Positions 1-13,907 of a stretch of 64,000 nt of DNA are shown one piece after another; the stretch's first letter is position 1, and each line of letters begins with the position of its first letter. The notes under the pieces were generated by a model that saw only the letters and a list, made by a program, of their open reading frames with translations, did no database searches and was not told the origin of the DNA. The stretch lies in NCBI GenBank assembly GCA_964016885.1, contig OZ024743.1:95108001-95172000 (forward strand). Direction: 5' to 3'. A program made the position numbers and the translations under genes. Origin of the DNA: Eledone cirrhosa (lineage: Eukaryota).

Positions 1-396
1 AGTTGTCACTTCTTCAGAGATTTTGGATAAACTGGATAAAATCAGAAAAATTGAAGTATTTATATTAGTAAAAGAGGAAGGAACAGAGAGGATAGAATAT
101 GACAGATGGTAAAATAATTTACTGCTAAACAAGTATATAATGGGTTTTTAATGAGAATACCATGAGTAAATCTAAATAAGAATTTTGGGAGTGCCAATTT
201 TAATCTCTACTTGACCAACTGGACAGTGGACAGGGCTGGTCATTTGGTGCAGTAGTATTAATTATAAAGTGTCAATTGGGGAAGGGGGAGATTTCGATTG
301 CTACTAAATAACATCAATGCTAGTAGTCAGCTGGTATTTGCACTAGGGAATTGAATCAAGAAATCAGAAATCTCATTTTATCTATAGCAGTTTGTA

Positions 397-1580
397 TTAA
401 AAGGTAAATAATAGAAGAGTTGATAGAATTAAGACTAATAAAGAATGTTCATATCTATTTTGACAATCAAACGGGGATAGAGACAGGCGTTCAATCCTGG
501 TAGTATTTATAATATGAAATGTAGATTTTAAGCGATGGTTACAGTATAACGATCGCTCTATTCTGTTATTTAATAAAATGTTTTTGGATTTCATAATACA
601 AAATAATTCTACATTACATAATTTACAAAATTCCTGTCCATTGGATAATGGGGGGGGGGGGCAGCCGCTATTATATCCCATTTTAGGTGAAATTGTTGGT
701 TATTTTCACGCAGCTGCCAAGCCTTGTCTGCGAGTGTTGTTACATAACGCTGGTTTTCATGTTTTATCGAATAACGATGTCTATAAAGGCGTGATTTGAA
801 GGAGGTGGCTGTAGATCCCACATAGTACCACTTCTGTCTATCCGATTCGATAGTACATTTGTATACGATGTTGCGTTCAAGACACTGATTGTTCAACGGA
901 CACATTCCTGGTTGGACACAGTTGCAATTACAATTTTGCGTTGTTGTATTGTCATGGATGGGTTGATGAGGTTGCTTATGTAGGACAGGATGTTGTTTGT
1001 TGTTTTGTGATGTTATAGCTAATGTTTTACGTGTATTGTTATGTGTTGGAAGGCGTTTATACAACCGTTTTGCGTTAAGCATTTTTATATGTTGTTCAAT
1101 ATTAGGGGCGGTTGAATATGAAAGTCGAATGGTGTTAGGGTTTAAGATTTTATTATATTTATGTGATGTTGGAAAGTGTTTTCTAACTAATCGAAAGAAT
1201 TTTGAGGGTAGATTGGTTTTAATAGATTTGTTATAGACCGGGTTGTACCAGATATACTCCTTACATCGCCTTCTGTTTGGTGGTGTGCGACTATTATTGT
1301 GTCTATTGCGGTAGTGTATGTATGGTGGTGATTTTGTGCTATTTCTACTCCTATGTGATTTATTTTGGGTGTTTTGGTGATCATTGACTATATACTCTAT
1401 ATTATCTAGGTGACCGGCTTTCCTAAGTGCATCATCATAATACTCGGCATGTTCTTTGAAGGTTTGTTGGTTGGACGATAGGCGGGAGATTCTAAGAGAA
1501 ACATTTCTAGGGATGGATTTAATTATAGAGAGTGGATGGTTAGAACTCGTATTTACATATTTAAGGTTCTCATTAGTAGC
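397..1580 (-). pseudogene. PLE ORF C-terminus (RT thumb/linker + GIY-YIG endonuclease), frameshifted
   Basis: ORF 609..1604: [31 protein letters not shown]...CPLNNQCLERNIVYKCTI...YYVGST..FKSRLYRH. C-terminal CKLC..E...LLN....CNH lies in the other frame (397..681); the shift maps to the G run at ~650-661. Confidence 0.85.
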
Positions 1581-1862
1581 AATCGAAATCTCCCCCTTCC
1601 CCAATTGACACTTTATAATTAATACTACTGCACCAAATGACCAGCCCTGTCCACTGTCCAGTTGGTCAAGTAGAGATTAAAATTGGCACTCCCAAAATTC
1701 TTATTTAGATTTACTCATGGTATTCTCATTAAAAACCCATTATATACTTGTTTAGCAGTAAATTATTTTACCATCTGTCATATTCTATCCCCTCTGTTCC
1801 TTCCTCTTTTACTAATATAAATACTTCAATTTTTCTGATTTTATCCAGTTTATCCAAAATCT

Positions 1863-1971
1863 CTGAAGAAGTGACAACTGATTATACATTTGCTATCGAA
1901 TACTTGCTAACATTATATGATTACGCAAGCAGCGATACATAGGTATTCGGTCTGTTACAGAAACATATGTC
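1863..1971 (+). ncRNA. Hammerhead-like motif in PLE pseudo-LTR with very long stem II (stem I weak)
   Basis: CTGAAGA (1863) ... GAAA-catatg-TC (1960-1971). The intervening ~90 nt folds as one hairpin (gtgaca/tgttac, ctga/tcgg, tatcg/cgata, cttgc/gcaag). Stem I pairing is poor. Confidence 0.5.
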
Positions 1972-2131
1972 AATACCTAATAAATTCCTTTTTTAACAAA
2001 AGCACTTTCATTTTATATTCATCCTTTCTACATTTCTCCGGAATATAATTTATACTCGTTGAGCAAACCTGCACGTACGCTGTTCATCTCTAACGTAACG
2101 ATATATTATCACTACATTATTGATAACCTGA

Positions 2132-2170
<39 letters not shown>

Positions 2171-2449
2171 AATATAATTTCAGCGAGATTCGGATTTCGG
2201 CTGTGGTCGAAAACAAAGCGAAACGCAATATCCGAGTTATGCTGGCAAGCGCTCCATGGACCAAATAAAGACTAGACCAATAAACATAGGTTATAAAGGC
2301 CAAACAAACTGAGATGGCGGTCAAGAAGCCATCAACCACCTAAGCCAAAAAGACGAGGCAAGCCAAACAGGTCAAACATAATAATTGAAATATTTACCCG
2401 GACACCTGGAAAAGATAGTATAATCCAGTACAGGGTTTATGCGATACCT

Positions 2450-2489
<40 letters not shown>

Positions 2490-3094
2490 GATTATACCAG
2501 TTTTAAATTAGTAAGACCATTAATCAATAGAGTACTCGATACTTTGGATGGTAGAGTGTTTATATATTAGAGAGAAGTGACTCGGACTCTCTAATATATA
2601 TACATACATTCATATACAAACACAAACTCATAACCTCCCCCCACCCCATATATATATATATATATACACTCATACATACGTAAATGTGGTTTTACAAACA
2701 AAAAATAAAGTGCTCAATTACAAACAAAAGGAGTATTTATATGGCATAAGTGTAAACTATGTAGCTTATGACAACTAAGATATAATGACATATCTTGGTA
2801 TAAAGGGAAAATTTGTGTGTAAACAGCGACCATTTCATATTTATCATAAAATATAATAGTGTTAAAGATGAGAGAAGGAATTACGATTACTGATGAAAAT
2901 AATAATTCGAGAAAAACATAATTGACCACGTGATGTGTTTTTTTAAAAAAAGCACGATATATATGTAGAAACACAAACTACCGCACACACATGCACATAC
3001 ACACACACATGCGCATACACACGCACACATACAAACACACATACACACACACATACACAGACAGAAACACATACACACACACACACACACACAG

Positions 3095-3128
<34 letters not shown>

Positions 3129-3329
3129 ACATAGACACACATACACACAGACACACGCACACACACACAGACACACGCACACATACACACATACACAGAC
3201 ATAGATTGAGATGTTAACAGTTAAGGCTATCAAGACCAATAATTAACCTAGTACTCCATAATTTAGGAAGCTATAGTGCAAATCACGTGGTTGCGTGTGA
3301 ACCTTTTAAACATAGTTATATATGTGCAC

Positions 3330-3400
<71 letters not shown>

Positions 3401-3403
<3 letters not shown>

Positions 3404-3772
3404 GATATTAAATAAATGGAAACTATATTTATAAAACCATATTTATTTCATTATATATATTTCAGGGATATCATATTAACAATATGTTATGCCTTCTTCA
3501 GACAAAATACAATATAGACAGTTTTATAAATAATGTTGGTATGTCAAATCTATTTATTTATAAAACTGTCTATATTGTATTTTGTCTGAAGAAGGCATAA
3601 CATATTGTTAATATGATATCCCTGAAATATATATAATGAAATAAATATGGTTTTATAAATATAGTTTCCATTTATTTAATATCGTAAATATACTCCAAAT
3701 ACTTGTTGAGTGCTTTTATATCAGTTATAAATATTTACTCGTTGTAACCCAACAATTTAAATATAACTTTCC

Positions 3773-3775
<3 letters not shown>
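3401..3775. mobile_element. (TA)n-flanked fold-back element (probable PLE 3' end), ~130-bp inverted arms
   Basis: 3401-3530 is the reverse complement of ~3557-3686; unique tail to ~3775; (TA)n on both sides. Confidence 0.8.
3578..3643 (+). ncRNA. Type I minimal hammerhead ribozyme (mirror copy on - strand 3444-3509)
   Basis: tattttgt-CTGAAGA-agg...catatt/aatatg...cct-GAAA-t-atat-a-TA^atgaaata. 8-bp stem I with two G.U pairs; palindromic minimal stem III; predicted cut after 3635. Confidence 0.8.
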
Positions 3776-3806
<31 letters not shown>

Positions 3807-3811
<5 letters not shown>

Positions 3812-3950
3812 GACAGGGGGGAAGAAAAAATGCTACACTTGTGCTTTCAACAAATTTATTTTCTTCACAAAAATTCTTTTTGGATTTTGTGAAGAAAATA
3901 AATTTGTTGAAAGCACAAGTGAAGCCATTTTTTCTTCCCCCCTGTCTTAA
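3807..3950. repeat. Fold-back palindrome next to (TA)n
   Basis: ttaagacaggggggaagaaaaaatg...ttcttcacaaaa / ttttgtgaagaa...cattttttcttccccc ctgtcttaa. Confidence 0.75.
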
Positions 3951-4074
3951 TATACCTAACTGTACCAAGGATTGCACACATTTTCCAATATATATATATA
4001 TATGTATACATATACGTGTCTAATAACTCAAACGTAGTCTCTCATAACGTATTTCTTTAGAAATACGAAATTTC

Positions 4075-4170
<96 letters not shown>

Positions 4171-4197
4171 AATATGTATACATATATATATATACAC

Positions 4198-4234
<37 letters not shown>

Positions 4235-4742
4235 TATATATATATATATATATATACACACGCGTGCCTAATAATTCAAAGGTAGTTTCTCATTCATCTC
4301 TACTATAGTACTGTGTAGTCATTTTCGCGACCGTGCTCATGCACGTAATGAAGAGAACATTTTTGTGATGACCAGAAAGTACCTTAAGAAAGAACGGAGT
4401 ACGAAAACAGAAAAGAACTCAATACAGGCGTAAAGTCTAAATTCATTCGTATGAAATGCAGGGTGTCTGCCTGATGTGCCGCTTGCAGTGAAACCTCGGA
4501 CTCACAATCACTTAGCACTTCACTTTTATTCCTATTTTACTTATTTTAGTCAGAAGTCTGCGACCCAGCTGGTGCAATGCGTTGGTTTAATCGATCCTAT
4601 TATCCCTAGTACTTTCATTTTCAACTCTGGTACTCATTTTATCAATAACATTTTGGCAGACTACAAAGTTATAGGACATTAAAAGACAGAAAACATAAAC
4701 ATAGACATGAAAACACACATATATACATCAGCATATACACAC

Positions 4743-4823
<81 letters not shown>

Positions 4824-4971
4824 ATACATTAACAGAGAAAGCTTTAAGCGATACTTTGACCAACTCCATCTCACTCAACAAAATAATCCCAATTTAGTGT
4901 TTGGGGTACTAACTATACAGTATTCCGTGGATACCTGGTTGTATTATTTTATATGACACATAATTAAATAA

Positions 4972-4996
<25 letters not shown>

Positions 4997-5003
<7 letters not shown>

Positions 5004-6005
5004 GTGAGGTTTATTTTACAAAATTAAAAATAACCGAGGTGTCCTACACGAGTGAAAGTATAAAGAAAAAGAGATGAAATCGAAAATGCAACTGGAGTCT
5101 TATTTTTTTTTTAAATATATATATTTATTTGGTTCCTTTACCGGTTTCGCATTTCTTCTGCTTTTCAAAAGGTGAGTTGAGATGGAGGGTCTGTGGTTTT
5201 TCTCACATCCGAATGTTACTTGTTTTATATGGAAAAAGTGGCTCGAAATGCCAGGTTTTTCGAGAAGTAATTTGATTGGTTTGTCAATAATTATAATAAA
5301 TTTTGCGCCAGTTCGCGTTACAATAGTTCTTCAAATAAGGGGGGGGGGTTTCACATGTTGTTTTTCATATATGAGTGTTTGAATTTCTTTTTACTTGAAA
5401 AAAGGGGCTCACGTGAACAAGTTTTCATTAAATTTTCGTGCCCTTATTTGGAAATCCATTCTGTAGCCTTTGTAGAGAATTTTATGATAAATGAAAGATA
5501 ATGGTCAAGAGAAAGGGATGGGAGAATTGTTCTGGTTCAGTGAATATGGTTAGTTCGCTGGGGTGTCAGAGTTCAGATTTTCTATTGAATAAAGAAAGTA
5601 AAGATATGTATGTTTATTTGTGTGCTTGTGCGTGTGTGTGTTGTGTGTGTGTTTGAATTTCTTTACTTAAAAAAAAGGGTGGCTCACGAAGGCTTTTTTT
5701 TAATTAAAAAAGTCTTAATTGAAGAACTATTGTAACGCGAACTGGCGTGGAATTTATTATAATTATTGACAAACCAATCAAATTACTTCTCGAAAAACCT
5801 GGCATTTCGAGCCACTTTTTCCATATAAAACTAGTAACATTCAGAGACCAACCAAATGTGAGAAAAACCACAGACCCGCCATCTCAACTCACCTTTTGAA
5901 AAACAGAAGAAATGCGAAACCGGTAAAGGAACCAAATAAATATATATATTTAAAAAAAAAAATAAGACTCCAGTTGCATTTTCGATTTCATCTCTTTTTC
6001 TTTAT
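4997..6005. mobile_element. (TA)n-flanked inverted-arm repeat family (also 18133-18505 and 42424-43598)
   Basis: ~5060-5335 is the reverse complement of ~5718-6005. The same sequence recurs at 18133-18505 and 42424-43598 and terminates at ...cctcactttct(a)+(TA)n. Confidence 0.7.
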
Positions 6006-6699
6006 ATATATATATATAATCATATATATATACATATTACAAAATAAACGACGCAATACAACGAAGAAATATATTAGTTTTACGCTTGATGTGGTAGGAA
6101 AAGAGTCTTAATGTTTCAGACGCTAGTCCTTCATCAGAAAATAGAATGAGAATTTAAAGGAGAAATAGAAAGACAGAAACGTAAATAAATCCTTGAAAAA
6201 ATGTGGCTATTAGTCCTGCTAGGGACTCACCCATGGCCAGCAATGCCATGCATCGCAATAAATGTCACATATCAAGCGATGCCTGAGTTTGAAGCTTTTT
6301 TAAGTAGAAGAAGGCTTCCCACAGAACCAATCTCACTCTCTGAAGATCGAATACATTTGACCCAAAAGAAGAACTGGTCTACATCATTGGATGTAAACGA
6401 AGTCACAGGTTTTATATCAGAGTGACCTTCTCCTACAGAGATGTCTTAATGAAGACAGTAAGTGTTACTGGTACCATGTAACCTAGTACAACCTGTGCAT
6501 GATCGGGTGGTCGGCGACTAAACCGGCAACCCCACCAAGCTTGCTTTGTGAGGGGGGTGATATTGAACACCCTGCGGGATATAATACAAAATCCGTCAAA
6601 GGACGGAGGAACCCAGCAGAATCGACGGCCAACCAATAAAGTTTTTTTGTGTAGTGAGAGACTCGAAGTCTTCACTAAGACATATGCATGTATACATAG

Positions 6700-7531
6700 A
6701 GAGTCCTGTATCTATGTTAGAAACCGACTCTCTATATTGGCAAACATTTGTTAAATTATAAAACCAGAAGAATATACATACATACAATGTAAAACATTCC
6801 AAAAATTCTGCATCTAATAACTACATATACACATGTACAGATACAAAGCATATACACATGCACACATACAACTCAAAACATCCACATCCACACATACAAT
6901 AACATCCATATCTACACATGCATGCAGACATACATATCTACCTAGTTGATGTTGTGCAAATTCCAATGAGTCTTGTGTCTATGTTAGAAAACCGACTCTC
7001 TCTCTCTCTCTCTGTCTCTATTGGTAAAAATTAGTGAAATTATAAAACCAGAAGAACATACATACATACATACATACATACATACATACATACATACATA
7101 CATACATACATACATACATACATGCATACGTGAATAGATACATACATACATAGATACATACATGCATACATACATATATACATACATATATAAAGCATGC
7201 ACAGTACTGGAAATTAGCTGCCCAGCAGATGCCAATATAATATCAAAGATTAGCGAAAAGGAGAATATTTATGCAGAACTGATGAGAAATCTGCAGATAC
7301 TCCACCCTGATTACACCTTCAGATTTATGCCTATAATTATTGGTGCACTGGGGTGTGTTAGTAACTGCCTCAATACAAATCTTGAGAAGCTAGGCTTCAC
7401 AGGAACAGAAAGAACACAACTAGTTAGGAAATTACAAGTACAATCCATTAATGGAACAGTAAAAATATGTAAAACATTCCAAAGATTTTGCATCTAATAA
7501 CTGCATTTGTGAAATTATAAAACCAGAAGAA
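6700..7531 (+). mobile_element. Cluster of R4/Dong-like non-LTR retrotransposon 3' ends (restriction-like endonuclease)
   Basis: ORF 7162..7497: ACTVLEISCPAD..KISEKENIYAEL...PIIIGALG. The 3' end aaattataaaaccagaagaa recurs at ~6770, ~7055 and ~7531, each followed by (CATA)n-like repeats. Confidence 0.75.
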
Positions 7532-7783
7532 CATACATACATAGATACATACATACACACATACATACATATATACATATATACATATATACATATATAG
7601 ATACATATATACATACATATATACATACATACATACATACATAGATATATATATATATATATATATACATAATTGCGGAGTTGATGTCTAAATTCTAATG
7701 CAAGATTCTTGTTGCTGTGTTAGAAACCGGCCCCTTCTTCATTGGTGAGAAATTAATAACGAAAAGAACAGAAGAATACACAC

Positions 7784-7828
<45 letters not shown>

Positions 7829-7969
7829 TACATACACGCATACATGCCACATACACACATACGCACATACATGCATGCATACACACAAACATCAATTCAC
7901 ACAAACACATACACCCATACATATATACACCTATACATAAATACTTACCTACATACATACATATATATA

Positions 7970-8155
7970 TGGTGGCTGCCAACTCGTTTTTGAGTACGGC
8001 CACTACTTTATATCCATGTAGGAGAACCCCTACCGATGCGCTGAACAAGTGTGTCATTTTAGTCCAGCCAGCGACTTGAAAACTCTGGTACAAACACTAC
8101 ACTTGTGACAATTATTGACACATAGTGCGGGGCCCATGGTACCATGTGATGACAA
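7970..8155 (-). mobile_element. RTE-clade LINE 3' end
   Basis: Near-identical to 30105-30290 (ggtggctgccaactcg...acttgtgacaattattg); adjacent (ATAC)n tail. Confidence 0.7.
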
Positions 8156-8804
8156 GTGCAGAGAGATCTCCAGATATAAAGCAATGCCTGTGCCGTCAAG
8201 CTTTTATAGTGAGCAAAGGCACTGCACAAAGCCAGTCCCACTCTCTTAACCAAGATGATATTTACCAAAAAGAATAACAAGTCAACGTCATTGGATACCA
8301 TCGGGGTTGCAGGTGTTATATCAGAGTTTTCCTTCTCCTAGAATTCTGCCAGTGTTCCATGGTCGGGTCGTTGGCGACTAAACTGGCAACCCTACCAAGG
8401 TTTCTTGGTGAGGAGGGTGACTTTGGACATTCTGCAGGACTAAAACAAAACCTGTCAAAGGGCAAACGAGCTCTTAAGAGTCAATGGCCATCCAAAATCA
8501 GCGTACATACTTACATACATACACGCATACATACTTACATACATACATATATACTTACATATATACATACATATATACATACATATATACATACATACAT
8601 ATATATATACATACTTACATACATACACAAGAGAGTGTACATCGCTTAATTACTTATGTATGGGAATCAGTATTCCTTCACAGAGATTCAAACGTTTACT
8701 GTTGTAGAGAGAAGACGAAATGTCATTTTATTGAAACTTAACATATAGTGAATTATTAATGTTGGAAATAGCATTTCTCTTGAATAACACCCCTCTCTCT
8801 TATC

Positions 8805-9229
8805 TAATATACACACCTGCATATACACACCTCTCTCTTATCTAATATACACACCTGCAATATACACACTTGCATATACACACCTGCAATGTACACACCT
8901 GCAATATACACACCTGCATATACAGACCTGCATATACGCACCTGCAATATACACACCTGCAATATACACACCTGCAATATACACACCTGCAATATACACA
9001 CCTGCATATACACACCTACAATAAACACACCTGCAATATACACACCTGCATATACACACCTGCAATATACACACCTGCAATATACACACCTGCAATATAC
9101 ACACCTGCATATACGCACCTGCAATATACACACCTGCAATATACACACCTGCAATATACACACCTGCAATATACACACCTGCAATATACACACCTGCATA
9201 TACACACCTGCAATATACACACCTGCAAT
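8805..9229. repeat. 15-bp minisatellite (caatatacacacctg)n with shorter variant units
   Basis: Direct tandem repetition; explains the overlapping repetitive ORFs. Confidence 0.95.
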
Positions 9230-9318
9230 TATATATAACACAGTAAGAGGATGTATATATATTTAGAGATAAATATCCGAATAAAATAAGCACGCATTCT
9301 CTCTCTCTCTCACATCCG

Positions 9319-10098
<780 letters not shown>

Positions 10099-10179
10099 TA
10101 GCAGGAGGAGGAGAGGAGTAGGAGAATTAATAGTAATTATTTCTACTTTTGGCACAAGGCCAGCAAATAGGGGGTGTCA

Positions 10180-10735
10180 GGGCGAGGTAAGCCCTACGCA
10201 ATCGGTGTTTGCATGCAGTTACCAGTTCGTCTTTTTTGTTTAGGAGTTGGTCCTTCGTAAACAGCATTTGTAATGTTTCCTCCGAGCATAAGTTACACGG
10301 ACGGTGTCCTCCCGTGTAGGAGCTAGCTCTGGACAGCAAGCTCCAGGTAACATTGTATGTTATGTTATTATCTTGGAGGTCCCAGATGTGGCCCGAAAGT
10401 GTAGTGGCATGTCGCTGGACCGGGTTTCGGAACGTATGTCGGTGTTGGTAGAGCCGCGTCTTAAAGTCACAAGCGGTTAATCCTATATAAGGTGTCCGTC
10501 CTCACGTTGCATTGGTAAATCACGTTACATTCTCAGCATCTGTTGTTGAGGGGGCACGTAGATCTATCAGGGCAGTTACACCTACTCGTCGGCTCTCCAC
10601 TAATGTCTATGTTGTTTCTTCCATAGGGGTTGAGTTTTTTGTTGTTTGAGGAGACGATATTTTGTGCGAAGTTGGGTGTGGTGCTGTAGGAGAGTTTGAT
10701 GGTTGATGGAGCGCGTCTACCTGAAATGGAAAAAA
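10180..10735 (-). mobile_element. Penelope-like element fragment (second family), decayed GIY-YIG C-terminus
   Basis: Minus strand reads LSYSTTPNF..., YIGLTACDFKTRLYQHRHTF..., WSLLSRASSY...CNLCSEE...LLNKKDELVTACKH. Confidence 0.8.
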
Positions 10736-10740
10736 ACCCC

Positions 10741-10813
<73 letters not shown>

Positions 10814-10833
10814 ATATATCTATATATCTATAT

Positions 10834-10868
<35 letters not shown>

Positions 10869-10888
10869 ATATATCTATATATCTATAT

Positions 10889-10942
<54 letters not shown>

Positions 10943-11489
10943 ATGTGTGTGTGCATAGGTGTGTGAATATGTGTGTGCGTGTATGTATATGCGTGTGTGT
11001 ACCCAAATTTATCTGGTACTACTTGTATCAAAATATTCTATCATTTTATTTTATTGAAATTGTAAATTTCTGTGTAAAATTCAGTTTATTTGGTTGTTAG
11101 GGAGTGCGAGATATATGTCATTGTTACTTTATATTGAATAACAGAATACATATTATACTACAGCAGGGAATAAATACTTTGCCATTTATAATTTCACTTC
11201 GTTTTAAAACTTTCTTTGGGATATGTAACACTATTCTATTGAATTAGATAATAAAACTAACGAGTTGCACAGATGTTAAATTATGGAAAATCAATTTGAA
11301 AACACAATCTTTGATGCTATTATGCTTTCTTTTTATCTATGATCGATAAAATAAAGTGCCAGTAATGCACTGGGTCGATTTAATTGACTTTTCCCTCCCC
11401 CCAAATTGTTGGCCTTGTGCCTAAATCAGAAATAATATTTTAATCAGAAATAATATTTTAATCAGAAATAATATTTTAATCACTAAAAA

Positions 11490-11845
11490 GGGTCGTGGAT
11501 TGGCAGTGGATTGGCAGAGGTAGAGCGTCGAGCAACATGCTTTACGGCACAGAGTTACGGTCCTTTACATTCTGAGGTCAACTCCCATCGACGTTAGCTT
11601 TGTTTTTATGCTTACGGAGTCGCTAAAATAAAGTACCAGTAATGCACTGGGGTCAATTTAATCGACTCCCCCCCCCCCACCAAAATTACTGGTCTTGAGC
11701 CTAAAGTAGAAATCAACAAAAAGGGCGATGGATAAGCAGTATCGGTAGAGCGTCGGACAATATGCTATGCTCTAAGTTCAAATCCCACCGAGGTTAACTT
11801 TGCCTTTCATCCTTAGGTGGTTGATAAAATAAAGCACCAGTAATT
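11490..11845 (+). mobile_element. Nin-domain tRNA-derived SINEs (two adjacent copies)
   Basis: A-box-like tggcagaggtagag, B-box-like gttcaaatcc, and Nin-like core ctttgcctttcatcct...gataaaataaag(t/c)accag. Confidence 0.75.
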
Positions 11846-12113
11846 TATATTTACAACTTTGGAGAAATGTGGCCAATACGTACATATGTGTGTATTTGTG
11901 TGTATGTGTGTGTATATATATATATATGTGTGTGTGTGTATGTGTGTGTATGTATGCGGATGTGCCGAAATACATGTTTGACAGTTTGTATCTCTGTACA
12001 TAGTGTCTTTCTATATGGATACTTCATCAACATCTTCAACACACCTTTAGTTTGAGATATGAAGAATATCACAGATTTACACGGAGATGTATCTTTTAGC
12101 TTTCAAGCGATAA

Positions 12114-13847
12114 CACCGTGTAACAAAAAAATTCATTTTCTCTATTCCTGGCTTGTAATCACTTTTTTGTGTTGCTTAGGTCCCAAATAAATAAAAAAGT
12201 GCTATTAAACAGTTAAAAGTTTGGGTTTGTAAAAATTCTAAGCTATTCACTAGAATTTGTATGCTAGATTTTACGTTGTATGTAAGTTTAATTTGCTTAT
12301 GTTAAATAATGTTTTTATATATTTCAGGTTAAATTAAAATTATAAAATAAAGAGTAATACCTAAAGAAAATTATAAAAGTGCAATAAAGTATAAAATTGT
12401 TAAAAAGTGGATTAAAGAGATTTATTGATACTGGGGTACCAGAAAAACTTCCTCACTTCTCAAACCAAAAAGAAGTCAACGACTTGGTCAGGGATATGTG
12501 TCTGACCAAGTATAATGCAGAGTTATTCGTCTCCAGAATGAAGCAGTGGAATTTGGTCAAGGAAGAAGTGCAGGTAACAAGTCAGAGAAGTCGATACGAA
12601 CCTTTCTCAGGCTTTTCCACTCTTAGGCATGGCCTCTGCTTCTGCCATGACGTGCCTGGACTGTTTGACGTTATTGGGGTGCCCTTTGTGCCCAAGGAGT
12701 GGCGGCTATTTATAGACAGCTCCACCACAAGTTTGAAGGCTGTCCTCCTCCACACTGCCCCTAGCTCATTCAGTCTGCCTGAAAGAAGATTACTACAGTG
12801 GGAAAGTCCTCTTGGAAGCTCTGCAATACAACCAGTACAATTGGGAAATCATTGGAGACTTCAAGATGGGGGCTTTCTGCTTGGACTCCAAGGAGGCTTT
12901 ATCAAATTCCAATGCTTCCTCTGCCTTTGGGACAGCAGAGCCACCTCTGACCACTACAAAAGAAAGAACTAGGAACAGCGAACAGAATTTGTAGTTGGGA
13001 CCCGGAACGTCATGTGGGAGCCACTGGTTGATCCCAGGATTGTGCTCATGCCACCACTGCACATTAAGTTGGGGTTGATGAAGCAGTTTGTGAAGGCTCT
13101 CAACCAAGAATCAGCCGCTTTTCAGTACCTTTTTGAGTTCTTCCCCAAGTTATCTGAGGCCAAAATCAAAGGTGGAATTTTTGTTGGACCTCAGATAAAG
13201 AAGGTGTTTGAGTCTACCGAGTTTTCCAATAAGCTCAATAGGATTGAGAGAACAACATGGAACTGTTTCAAGGCAGTTGTTAAGGGCTTCCTGGGCAACT
13301 ACAGAGCTGAAAACTACCAGCAACTGGTGCAGGATCTGATAAAGGCTTTTGGCACCATGGGATGCAGGATGTCGCTTAAACTCCATATGCTGGACGCTCA
13401 CCTGGAAAACTTCAAGGACAATATGAGCGCCTACTCAGAAGAACAAGGCGAACGATTCCACCAAGATGGGAAAGAGATAGAGCGGAGGTACCAGGGACAC
13501 TACAATGAAACAATGATGGGGTACTATATCTGGGGGCTAGTACGGGGATGCGACCTGGACTACAACTGCAAATCCAGGAAATCCAGTCATTTCTGACATG
13601 TATAAGCTGCTTTATAAGTGTTATTTGTTTTTACTTGTTTGCTTTTGATAAGCTTGTGTAATAAAATAAATATATACTCTGTTGATTTAATTATATGAAC
13701 TGATAAATTTAAAAAAAATGTGCTTTTTCTTTAAAAATATGAACATTTCGAAATATCAAACTCCTGACCACAAACCCAAACTTCTGATTAAATAATAGTT
13801 TTTTTTAAATAATAATGGGATATAACAAACCAGAAAATCACACGGTG
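12114..13847 (+). mobile_element. Chapaev3-type (CMC superfamily) DNA transposon, internally deleted, 1734 bp
   Basis: Termini CACCGTGT (12114) / ACACGGTG (13847). TAA on both sides (12111-12113, 13848-13850) fits a 3-bp TWA TSD. Subterminal inverted repeat aagtttgggtttgt / acaaacccaaactt. Transposase remnant inside. Confidence 0.85.
12430..13596 (+). pseudogene. Chapaev3-like transposase, C-terminal part, frameshifted
   Basis: WRLFIDSS..SLKAVLLH, IIGDFKM, LGLQGG..K..CFLCLWDSR, PPLHIKLGLMKQFVKAL, MSLKLHMLDAHL, SEEQGERFHQD..ERRYQG, spread over ORFs 12397..12972, 12812..12994 and 13012..13596 with frameshifts and a stop. Confidence 0.85.
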
Positions 13848-13856
13848 TAATTATTA

Positions 13857-13907
<51 letters not shown>

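Larger units (their letters stand above)
1..2030 (-). mobile_element. Penelope-like retroelement, 5'-truncated, with inverted copy of its 3' pseudo-LTR
   Basis: Minus-strand GIY-YIG ORF fragment. 1-~305 is the reverse complement of ~1577-1881 (aatcgaaatctcccccttccccaattgacac...ctctgaagaagtgacaact), so the 3' end is duplicated in inverted orientation at the 5' truncation point, a known PLE architecture. Runs off the left window edge. Confidence 0.85.

Noticed and set aside
3885-3930. GTGAAGA...GAAA in a palindrome arm as a hammerhead
   Set aside because: C3 is missing and there is no convincing stem I or III.
6105-6145. Minus-strand CTGATGA-aggac tagc gtct-GAAA-cat-TA motif
   Set aside because: Core and stem II are present but stems I and III are too weak; at best a decayed HHR, so not listed as a feature.
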